This document shows positions 52,908 to 64,000 of a stretch of DNA of 64,000 nt, piece by piece. Each line of letters starts with the position of its first letter. Position 1 is the first letter of the stretch. Source of the stretch: Octopus sinensis (lineage: Eukaryota); the NCBI RefSeq assembly GCF_006345805.1, contig NC_042999.1, positions 140,678,001 through 140,742,000 of the forward strand. Reading direction: 5' to 3'. The notes beneath the pieces are model-generated. The model had not been told where the DNA came from, searched no databases, and saw only the letters and a program-made list of their open reading frames with translations. Made by a program: the position numbers and the translations under genes.

Positions 52908-52961
52908 GATGGGTGCTGATGAAGGAGCAACAACCTCTGAAATATGGCATATACACTCATT
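52908..52961 (+). ncRNA. Type I hammerhead ribozyme motif
   Basis: Stem I GATGGGTG/CACTCATT; CTGATGA 52916-52922; stem II AGGAG-CAACAA-CCTCT (1 mismatch, 1 wobble); GAAA 52939-52942; stem III ATATG-G-CATAT; cleavage triplet AUA, predicted cut after 52953. Confidence 0.72.
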
Positions 52962-53259
52962 ACCTATTTTTGTTTCCGATCTCATTGCTTGTTTACATCT
53001 GATGTCTGGATACAAAACATGGTAACAAAAGTCAGTGCAGGCTATAGTTTCTATCGAATATGTGTAGAAACAACCTTAAAAATAATGTAACAAGCACTGC
53101 TGACGCAGTAGGACGTAGTACTAACTTATAAAAACATTTACTATACTTCATAGTACATTGTGTTTGCATAATGAAGTGCCACATACCTACAAACCTTCAA
53201 TAAAAACGGTCACTCCAGTTATGACATTGAATGCTCCAGTGATCCAATCAACATAACAA

Positions 53260-53524
53260 CCAGCTTGTGAAATTAATGTGTAAGTGGCTGAGCACTCCAC
53301 AGATATGGCTAACTTTAACATAGTTCTCAGAAGGATTCTACAAGACAAAATGTGACAAGGCTAGGCTTTTGAAATATAAGTACTACGCAATTTTGCCAGC
53401 TAAGTGGACTGAAGCAACATGAAATAAATTGTCTTGCTGAAGGATACAACATACTGCTGGGTACTGAAATCATGACCTTACAATTGTGAACCAAATACCC
53501 CAACCACTAAGCCATGTGCCTTCC
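53260..53524 (-). mobile_element. tRNA-derived SINE (head like the 6037 copy)
   Basis: Minus strand GAAGGCACATGGCTTAGTGGTT.., CAGCAAGACAATTTATTTCA core, GTGGAGTGCTCAGCCACTT tail. Confidence 0.65.
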
Positions 53525-56437
53525 CATAATAAGACTTGATAATGAGTGGGAGAACCCCAATTGTTTTAAATATGCATACACACGTGGATGTGTGATTATG
53601 TATAGTTAATAAATATGCAATTTATAAGATGCTAAAATGTGCTGAGCAAACTATCTCTAGAGTATTTTTTGACTTATGAGAAAGCTAGTATTAAATGTCA
53701 AATTAATCAGATCTCAAAATAGTGAAATATAATTTTATTCCCTATTTTTTCTTTTACCTTATATGACTCTATTCCAACTATCAAAAATTACTAACATGCA
53801 ATCCCTTTGGTAATTTTACTGACTTGCTTTTTGTTTATACCTTTCTAAATAAAATGAGGGAACATAATGATTAATATTTGGCCCTGCAAAAGATCTGACG
53901 TTGTTGGACACTATTGCTGTTTCACTGAATAACATACACCAACGTATCTTGAACTACATCATAATTGTAGCTTATAATGTGAAACATGCTTCAACCTTTG
54001 TAGCTGTGCATGCCTACTGTCAACACAAATATACATCTATTTTGTTGTGGGTGATTAAGCCTGGTAAACATTAGCACATTACAAGATGTCATACTGTGGC
54101 AGCTGGAATCCATGTCTCTATAATAAGCAATATAGCCAACATCTTGACTATTCTGTAAAAGCCAAACTAACATTTATCCTATATACTTACTACTATTTGT
54201 AAATAAATAAAATTTCGAAAAAAAAACAAAAAGAAAACTAAATAAAGAAAACAAGAAAAGGGTGTGTAAAATGTAAGATCCAGTGAACATTTGATCTAGC
54301 TTTGATTCCTGGTTGTAGCATTTGATATCTGAGGAAAATCAGAAATAGCACTAAACATATTTCTAATACCTCATGAAGTTAGTAGGGCTGGTAATCCATT
54401 CATTGATTGACACAATCATGAATGTTCACACAAGTGATTATTTACAGTATAAGTAAACAGAATAAATATTTATCCTTATTTTGAAACTAAAAATGCTATC
54501 ATATAATATATCAATATGATCTTACCTAACAATTCACCCCAGTATGTTATTTCAAATATATGTTTCATTTCCTCATAATATTTTCTTCAATTGCTTTAAA
54601 CTAGAATACACTCTCATTAGTCAGTTATACAATGCTTATTTTGTAGGTAGTGGGAAAGTTTTAACTTCCTATTGTCTTATATTTACATCTAAGTTCAGTG
54701 GGCTATGGAGTTTCAAGTGACTTTGCCAGAAACTCAATATATAGTCTGTAATTAGATACAAATAGTCAACCCTTTAGCCATCTGGTTGGCATGTTATTGA
54801 TTCAAGTAGTTATGACTATCTGAAATCATATTTCTTTTTTTCTTCTTTTTTTAAAAGCATATCATATTCAAATATAGCTTACTGTGGCTATGTCAGGGAA
54901 GAGTATAAAGGTGAGATATGTAGCATATACTGAAGTATTTTACTGTTACCTCCCCACCCCCATATGAAAGCAGCTATGATTTTCAAGAAGGGATACTAAT
55001 TGTGACAAATAGTTATTGATTATTTTTTCATATTAAGCACTTTTATGAACAATAGCTTCATTAGTTATAGGCTTTCAACAGCTAGTACTGGTTCACTGCA
55101 TTTCTAATGGCAAGAATGATGAGGATATCTCATGTAAAATAAATAGCACAATGTTTATATTTTACTTTGAACATAACTGCTTATTGTTTTTCATGTTGTT
55201 TACATCTTTCACTCATATACAACAACACAAGATATAAACATATTCATATGCATAAATAAATGGTGGGCCTCCCTATAGATTCTGTCCAACAAATTTCATT
55301 CATAAACCATTGGTCAACCCAAGTATGTTACTGAAGTCACTTGCCCAAAGAAGTATACAGAAAAATTGAATCCAGAACCATATGGATGTGAAGTGAACTT
55401 CTAAACAATAAAACTATACTTGTGATTGCAACCTGACAATTAGATCACTGTCTCAGTTCCCAGGAACTTACCTTCAACTAAATTACAGTAATTTTTAAAA
55501 TGAATAAACAATAACAACAGCAACAACAGTCTTAACTATCATCCATTAGGTATTGCTTAGTGCATATTAACACATACCACTATACCATGGTATATTCCTG
55601 ATGGACATTGAATGACATAAAATATGCGATAGAGACTAGTGAATATGATGTATACTGGGATTTATGAAAATTTAATTCTTCTGCAACATGCTAGATCATG
55701 TACACCTGATGACCAGTGCATTAAGTACATCCAGATTCCACAAAATTGATCATTAAATGTATAAGTTAATAGCTATTAACTCCATTAGTTGGATAATTGT
55801 TATATAGGGTTACTACAATCACTGCATTGGTAATTCTATCAAGATAATATACATACATATATTTATAAAGAGACACAGAAATTCACATAATTTTTACATA
55901 TATAACTTTTTGCTCACTAATATGCATTCACACACACACACCACCACCACCACCGCCACCATCATAGATCCACTTTTCATATTAGAATGGGCTGGGTAGT
56001 TGTCATGGCGCAAATAAGAAGAACAAAGTTTGGTTTCTACTGTGGGATGCCTTTCTTAATGAACCACCAACACTAAAGGAGCTATCATGTTTTTGACAAG
56101 ATTAACAGGTCCTCTTGGTCCTTCATTGTCTTTGCTTATTTATCAACCACTTGACAGAATGTATTAAGTGCATTTTATCATGGCTCTGGTATGTTACAAA
56201 GAGGCAGAGCTACGAGTAATGAAAAAGAAACACTAATGGCAACTACATGCTTGCTGTTAAAAGAGAGTAATGGATATCAATGAGTAACCTGGAGGAGAAA
56301 CAGAAATGGTTAGCAGTATAGAGAGTGACACATAATGTGTGTGTGTGTGTGTGTGTATAAATATACATGTGCATGAGTTGTCAAAGAGACCATAAGTCAG
56401 AGGAAAGATGCACTCATATATTTGTCAGCAGAGTGGG

Positions 56438-57125
56438 TATATTATCTGAAATGTATAGTATTAAATATCCATCATGGCTGGTCTTACCAACTGGTTTCCC
56501 ATAAAGAATACAATGGGAGTGTTAGGTAACAAACTGATTATATAACTTTACGCTCATCAGAGTTAGCCAATATGGAAGGGAATATGTGGATTAGCACAAC
56601 TGGTCAGTGGTTGCTGTGAAAAATGATTCAGGGGATTAGTTTAGGAGTTAATGTCCCTTGGTTGGGTATGCTGTGAAGCTGGCAAGAGTTATGTTGAAGT
56701 GGGGAAAGTGTGTATTATTAATGTTGTGCTCCTGTGGGGATGGGGTGTATGGTATGTGTAGTGGTGTATACCACACACGTCATCCCCACAAGAGCACCAC
56801 ATTAATAATACACACTTTCCCCACTCCAACATAACTCTTGCTGGCTTCACACCATACCCAACCAAGGGACATAACTCCTAAACTAATCCACTGGCTTGTT
56901 TTGCATTCCACCACCTTTTCCACAGTAACTGCTGACCAGTTGTGCTAATCCACTTCTGACAATAGAGAGCAGTCACCATATTTCCTTCCATATCGGCTAA
57001 CTTTGATGAGTGTAAAGTTACATAATCAGTTTGCTACCTAACACTCCATTGTATTAATTTACGCAAAACCAATTGGTAAGACCAGCCGTGATGGATATTT
57101 AATACTATACATTTTGGATAATATA
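56438..57125. mobile_element. 688-bp foldback element/MITE (essentially one palindrome)
   Basis: Arms 56438-56765 and 56770-57125 are complementary along their length apart from a few indels; TA at both ends. Confidence 0.85.
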
Positions 57126-57329
57126 TATAAAGTAACACAAAAATGGCATCTAAATTAGTGATGGCTGTTTCAGTAGAACTTTATTTAATTCAGCCATAAA
57201 AGATTACTTAACATTATACCATACCACCATCTTAACACATAATTTAGATGGTCAAAGTTCAACTGTTGTTGTTTTCAAGTTGTACATTCCACTTTATAGA
57301 AGAGAAAGTAGGTGTGGTCTAAAATAGGC

Positions 57330-57795
57330 AATTAACAAACAAATTGAAATCAAAAATGAAAATTGTAGTTGTGACTGATGCCAGTGCTGCCTGATTGGCT
57401 CCCGTGCTGCTGGCACGCAATAAGCACCATTCATGCGTGGGTCATTGCCAGTGCTGCCTAACTGGCTTCCTGTGCTGGTAGTGTGTAAAAAGTACCATCC
57501 GAACGTGGTTGATGCCAGCCCCCTAGCCCTGACTGGCTCCTGTGCCATTAGCAAGTAAAAAGCACCATCGAAATGTGAATGATGCCAGTGCCGCCTGACT
57601 TGTTCCCATGCTGGTGGCTCGTAAAAAGCAGCCACTGCACTTTTGGAGTGGTTGGCATTAGGAAGGGCATCCAGCTGTAGAAACATTGCCAGATCAGATT
57701 AGAGCCTGGTGCAACTTCTTGGCTTGCCAGTCCCCAGTCAAACCGTCCAGCCCATGCCAGCCTGGAAAATGGACGTTAAACGATGATGATGATGA
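57330..57795 (+). mobile_element. RTE 3' UTR copy with degenerate tandem units
   Basis: GTGGTTGGCATTAGGAAGGGCATCCAGCTGTAGAAAC; GGACGTTAAACGATGATG tail. Confidence 0.8.
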
Positions 57796-58381
57796 AAATC
57801 AAGGCAAGATACGATAAAACAAATCTAATTTATGGTCCAATGTAGCAACATCAAAATTAATCTGAAGTTGCTATAGACAAGCACAAGTGAATTTACCCAC
57901 CCACAAAATACCTTAACAGTCATTCACTCTCACCTTTCAATAACCCCCCCCCCGTACAATATTTATGTATGTGTATGTATATATACATACACACACACAC
58001 ACGTGTGTGCCCTCACGCACACTCTAACACCTTGTTGATACTTTCATCTAAAACAAATAAATTGACATTGAAGAAAAGGTGTGATGTCTGACAAATCTGA
58101 ATGTTCCAAAATGAGAAAATATGGCAAGGTGGCTTTTTAGATTCTGTACAAAATGATAGTTTATTTAATGTTTCTTATAGGTGTTTTATCAGTTGCTGAT
58201 ACTGGAATCTGGAAATATGAGTAAACATGAAAATTTCCCCTTCCCTAAAACAGATTCTTTTTAATGAAGCCTATATTAAAATGCTTCACTTAGTGTCTAC
58301 CATGAACCTCATTAAACAGTCACTGATATACACTATATGTATTCATGTGTGTGTGCATTTGTGTTTGTGTGTAAGAGAGAA

Positions 58382-58441
<60 letters not shown>

Positions 58442-58679
58442 TACACTATGTACATGCCCATATCACATTTATATAATGAAATCTTGCGTAAGTGCATCTC
58501 TGTCAACAGAGTTAAAATTTCTCCCAAAATGTGTGGATTTATTAAGGATATTTTTGTCAATACTATAACACAGTGTTATGGCAAATATAGCAGAACACCA
58601 AACTAGACTCTTTACATTAAATGGTTTCAAATTCTAAAGGAGTTGGTTCATAAAACAAATACCAGACATGCACTCAGGA

Positions 58680-58723
58680 GGAATTACAACCGTGTTTCGT
58701 GGTCTGCTACCACAACAGCTCCT
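58680..58723 (-). other. Degenerate hammerhead-like relic
   Basis: Minus strand AGGAG-CTGTT-GTGGT(AGCAG)ACCAC-GAAACA-CGGT-TGTA-ATTCC: perfect 5-bp stem II, GAAAC and GUA present, CUGAUGA box broken. Confidence 0.4.
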
Positions 58724-59309
58724 TTATAGGATCCAGTTAGCTCAAGACATTGATTCAATTGACCAAGGTTCATGCTTTTAAATTTACAACATTGTGAGAA
58801 TGAGAGAAATGAACTTTTTTCTTCATGTTTAATTTCTTTGTATTCTAAGCTCAATTAGTATAAATAGTACTAGGATGAACTTTGCCTTCTTTGGTCCAGC
58901 AATAATTGGAATTGATTCAGTCTATTTTACTTCATCTTTAACTTACTTAGATAAAATTAATGTGCTAATTATTTTTGATAAGTTTTGATATTAATATTTA
59001 TGCTAATATTATATGATGGATGCAGCTAAGTCAGAGGAATGCTAAAATGGATATACTTCAAAGGATATTTAAATTTGATACATTATTGGTAATGGTTTTG
59101 TTCAGAACAAAAGATAATTTTGTTTTCCATCCCTTCAGGGTTTATGAAATAAATACCAGTAAAATACTGAGTCAGTTCAATCAATCAAAACTCTCTTCAT
59201 ATTAGGTTTGCCAAAAATAGTACCCCTTGAATAACAACCACAACAAAGATAAAAAAAGAAGGCATCCGAGGGGCAATGTATACTCCGTGCACAGTAATAA
59301 TAAAAATAA

Positions 59310-61220
59310 TAATAAAAATACACAAAAGGCCTGAAATTTTGGAGGAGGGTGCTAGTCAATTATATTGACCCTAGTGCTTAACTGGTACATATTCTTTCAA
59401 CCCCAGAAGGATAAATGGCAAAGAAGACCTCAGTGGAATTTGAACGCAGAACATGAAGTTGGAAGAACTTTACTTTTAAGCATTTCATAGTGTGTCAATG
59501 ATTCATTGTCTTTCTAACTTCAACACAAGGTTACCAACTTGAGAGGAAAGGGGAAGTCAATTACATTGACCTTAGTCCTTGACTGGTACTTAATCTTATT
59601 GACCCTGCAAGGGCAAAAGGCAAAATTGACTTTGGCAGGATTTAAGTTCAGAATGTAAAAGAACCAGAAGAAATGCAGCTAAGCATTTTGTTCAATACAC
59701 TAATGATAATAATTGTTTTTGACTCTGGCACAAGGCCAGCAAATTTGATAGGAAGGTGTTAGTAGATACCATCAACCTCAGTACCTAGACCGATACTTTC
59801 TTTTTTAATCCTAAAAGAATGAAAGGCAAAGTAGACCTCAATGGGATTTGAACTCAGAAGGTAAAGAGTCACAGCAAATGCTAGAGCATTTATTCTGATG
59901 CTCTAAGAATTCTGCCAGTTCACTGCCTTAATAACAATGATGATCGTAATTTCTTTTATTGGTTGCTAGGGCTTAAGACACTGGAACAGTACAAAAAAGA
60001 AATACAAAACAATGGGGTTTGTACCATGTAAAAAAGGTGATACCAACAAAAACAATAACGAAAAGGTCTCAAAGAGGGTGGAATATTGATCCCAGAGATG
60101 AAGCATGAAGCTGACCAGATGGGTTGGGAAGAGCCAAAACAAATTCTATTCTAGTGATTCTGAGAATCCTTTCTTTATTATTGCAGTAAGAGAAACGTAT
60201 AAGATGACATTATAACGCCAAATTACAAAGATAGGATTTTTACAGAAAAAGACGATCCGAAAACAGCTGTGTAAACAACAAAAACATAAAACAAGAAATG
60301 AAAAAAATACATTCCAATAAAAGACAACTACCTGGGCCTAATTGAAGAACCCCCACAGGTCCAGGATTACTCTTACTGTTGAATGGGGTGGGGTATTTTT
60401 TTTTTGGCATTGGCACAAGTTCATCCATTTGTTGGGCATGAGTATAACTGATACATTACTGGTCCTTGTTTTATCAACCCTTGAAAAATAAAAGAGCATA
60501 CTGATTCTGGTAGAAACTGAACACAGATTGTAAAAGGATGTTTTAAAATATCACAAGTCATTTCCTCCACTACCATTTCTGTCATTCTATTACTATTATA
60601 ACAATGATTTTCTAACATACGTATAAAGCTATCAGTCTAGGTGTCGGGTCTAGTCAATTACATTGAATCTAGTTTATTACTAATACTTACTTTATCGACA
60701 CTGGAAGGCTGAAAGACTAATAATAATGGCTTCTGATTTAGGTACAGATACGGAAATTTTAACACGAGAGTATTAGTCAATTAACTTGACTGGTACTTTA
60801 TTATATTGACTTTGTAAGGATGAAAGACACAGTAGCCTCGGTGGAATTTAAATTCAGAATGTGAAGAGCCAGAAGAAATGCTGGAAAGCATTGTCTGACA
60901 CACTAATGATTCTGCCAGCTCATTGCCTTAACAACAACAGCAGCAGCAATAGCAACAACAACAACAATGGCATCACATTTTGATACAAGGCCAGCGTTTT
61001 CGGGGGGATGGGGTAAGTCAATTACATCAACTCCATTGATCAATTGGTACTTATTTTACTGACTCCAAAAGGATGACCGGCAAACTCAACCATGGCAGAA
61101 TAATAATAATTTGGAAGAAGGCACAGTACATGGAATCAACCTCAATATTTGACTGATTCTTATTTTATTGATTGCAAATGGATAAATATGTGAAATCAAC
61201 TCCAGGCGAATTTGAACTCA
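59310..61220 (-). repeat. Cluster of ~7 co-oriented full/partial copies of a ~200-bp tRNA-derived SINE
   Basis: Units near 59320, 59520, 59720, 60605, 60725, 60970 and 61110 share AGTCAATTACATTGAC..ACTGGTACTT..AAAGGCAAA..GGAATTTGAACTCAGAA. Confidence 0.8.
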
Positions 61221-63885
61221 GAATAAAGTAGTTCACAGCTAAACAGTAATGTTTCCATCCAAAAATTATTATGAATCCCTTGATAATATATTTTACTATT
61301 TATTTTCTCAGAGAAAGGAAAAAAAAGGAGAATATGTATATTTTATGCAAGCACAATATTTAAAGCAAGTGTAAGATCATAAGCTCCACTGATGGTGGTA
61401 GCTGTTGCTATGATGAAAGCTTTAGCGGCATCAACAATAGTAACACAAACAGCAACAGCTGTAGTAACAGTAGCATGAGCAAGAGCAGCAATGATGCTTT
61501 TAAATAGATTTATACCAATATTTCCTTTTTACATGCATGTTTCAAAACAACCCCAACACCTTTCTGACAAAACACCAGAATTATGAGAATGTCTTATTCT
61601 TTCTAATTTATGATTTTCTTTTCAAATTTAAGCCTGTGTCTTACACATTGTAAACGAACTATTTCTTCTTTCTTACAAATACCTTTTCCTACTCTTCTTA
61701 TATTAAACCTGATGTATCTTTTACTTATATTCATACATTTGTTTTCATATTTATTTATCTGTCTACTTAGTTATTTTTAATTTTTACGATGGGAGGAGCT
61801 GCATCAGTCAGTATGAATTCAATATTGTTTCAGCTATCACAAATGACTAGAAATGAAGACTGGCTGGCTGCGTTATTATCTGTTTGTATGTCTGTCAGCA
61901 TGGCTGACTGGTTGGCTGAATATAGTGTGCATCTCGCACATATCTCCCTCTCTCACTGTTAATTGTAAAAAGCAAAGCTAGCAGCTAAGCCACACAAGGA
62001 CATGCCATAGCAAGTTCAAAGGATATTGTATTTTGCACACCCACATACACTAACATATACACACACTGACACAAATATGCACACCAATGCAGAAACACAA
62101 TTACACTCACTTGCACACACGCACCCACCACCCAAGCTCTCTAGTACCATTCACAACTAAGTTATCTGAGAACAGTACTGTCAAGTTTACTGTGACGCAA
62201 GCATTTCAGTTTTGTGATACTGGTCAAATATATTTACTTCTGTCTCCATGACAATATCAGAAATGGAATGGGGAACGGATATGAGGGCGTGGTAAGGAAG
62301 AGTGATAATCGATACAAGACACACTCAGGCATTATTATTATTACTACTACTACTACTATCCTCATTACTAGTACTATCAATTTAATAGTAGGACAACTGT
62401 TACTATTAATATTTTTATTACTACATTTACTGTTGTGTCTTACTAGTATGAGTATTATTATTGATATGAGAATAACAGCAAGTGAATTCTTTATTGTTCT
62501 GCTTCACCATTTGTCTAATTTATGTAACAACCACAGAAACCACAGAAATTTCATTCACAAAACCTATCAAGGCTTTTGGACAGCCTTTTTTACAATTAGA
62601 ATCAATCATCTTGGTTTTTAAAAGCTAATAAAACAGAAAAGAATTTAAAACCACATCAAATCGCTATCAGTCATATCAACATTTATTTACATCATATTAT
62701 ATACAACCATTACTTTTAAAATTTATTATTAAAATTGCTGGTTTTGTTGTGGGTGAGAAAGACAAACTTCTTGAGGTGATCATAAGTAATGATAAAGGTC
62801 AACCTAACAGTCTACTCCAGAGGACATCCAGCCTGAAGACTATGAACAAATTACAGACATCCTTAGCTTGGCAGTACTGGGTAAATTTTTGTTCAAGATA
62901 ATCTCTGACTATGTCTTTTCTCTCTTTTCAGTTAGGGTAGGCATGTATATCCTATACAGCTTGTTCCTGTCGCCTTGTCATATTTTAATCTTTCAAAACC
63001 TGGCTTAAAGCCACTTTCCTCAATACAATACCTCATTCAGTCTAGGGGTTTTGTCTTGTGAGTTACTTGGTGACCACACTAATGCAGGTGTGATAAAAAA
63101 AACCCACCTTGTACGTTGTGTAAAGTTACTGTGTTAGGAAGGGCATCTACCCTTCCTAACCACCCCATGTCTCAAAGCACACACATAAATAATAGCATAT
63201 AAATTTTGGGTTTCAAAAGCCCTTGTAGATAGAAAAAGCTGAAGGCAGCCTTCAGATTTATATATATATATTATATATATAAGAAGAAATAAGGTACTCA
63301 GAAATCTGGATGGTTTTACATTTACAGATTTTTATTACTATGTCACATGTTTTTATAAATCATATATTAGCACTTGCATCTACTCTAGTAGAATCTCCAG
63401 ATTTTAATTTGTTTGAGAGGATTCGTCTCTTTTTATAGTATTATTGAGTGTGTAGGGGTGGAGAGATATATAGGGTAGTAAAAGAGGGTGAGGAATGGGG
63501 AGAAAGAGAGAGAGAGAGAGAGTGTGTGTGTCTGTGTATCTGAAAGAAGTGTCAATGGAAAAGAGAAGGAAAGAAAGAAGAAAGAAGAAAAAAATGTGTT
63601 TACATCGTTAGAGCTGGTTAGTTCTTTCAATAGAAAGTGATGATTTGATTCTTGGCCTTTAAAAATGGCAAAACCAGGTGGCTACTTTAAGGTCTTGATA
63701 AAAGTTATTTTTCAAAAAATTGTCTGGATTTATTATCATCGTCATCATCATTGTCCAGTGAGAGAGAGTTTTTTTTTTTGGGGGGGTGTGTGGGTGTGTA
63801 TGTGTGCGTGTATCTGAATATATATATATATATATATATCTGTGTGTGTATGTGTTTATCATCATCATTTATATATATGTATACT

Positions 63886-63918
<33 letters not shown>

Positions 63919-64000
63919 CTTTGTGCCTGTGCTTGTACTCCATCACTGCTTGGCAACTGTTTACATCCCTGTAACTTAATGGTTTGAGAAAAGAGACCAA

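Larger units (their letters stand above)
51905..53199. mobile_element. Foldback (long inverted repeat) element, probably PLE/retrozyme-related, interrupted by two MITEs
   Basis: Left arm 51905-51989 + 52407-52465 + 52813-52915 is the approximate reverse complement of right arm 52954-53199. Confidence 0.8.

Noticed and set aside
56540-56565. CTGATGAG in the arm of the 688-bp palindrome
   Set aside because: Followed by CGTAAAG rather than a stem plus GAAA
62214-62621. 135-aa plus-strand ORF
   Set aside because: Middle is (ATT)/(ACT) low complexity; no recognisable domain

Overview
AT-rich, microsatellite- and transposon-dense animal DNA. The repeat families ((ATG)n-tailed RTE LINEs, tRNA-derived SINEs) are those I associate with Octopus/coleoid cephalopods; this is recognition, not a database result. 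The only host coding sequence I can support is one 140-nt minus-strand exon (29114-28975) of an L-type voltage-gated Ca2+ channel alpha1 subunit (Cav1, domain I S2-S3). I found no neighbouring exons, so the rest is probably two very large introns (at least 29 kb and 35 kb). These hold RTE and CR1 LINE fragments, three Tc1/mariner-superfamily relics, hAT/piggyBac/GG-terminal MITEs, Helitron-like elements and many SINEs. The most unusual structure is at 51.6-53.2 kb. Removing two nested MITEs (each with an 8-bp TSD) reveals a ~250-bp-arm palindrome with a type I hammerhead ribozyme motif at its apex (52908-52961, + strand, conserved core intact). Two disabled hammerhead relics lie on the Cav1-sense strand. 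Several other long hairpins and a hairpin inside the Cav1 exon are candidate dsRNA/ADAR substrates. All alignments and folds were done by eye; most boundaries of degraded repeats are approximate.
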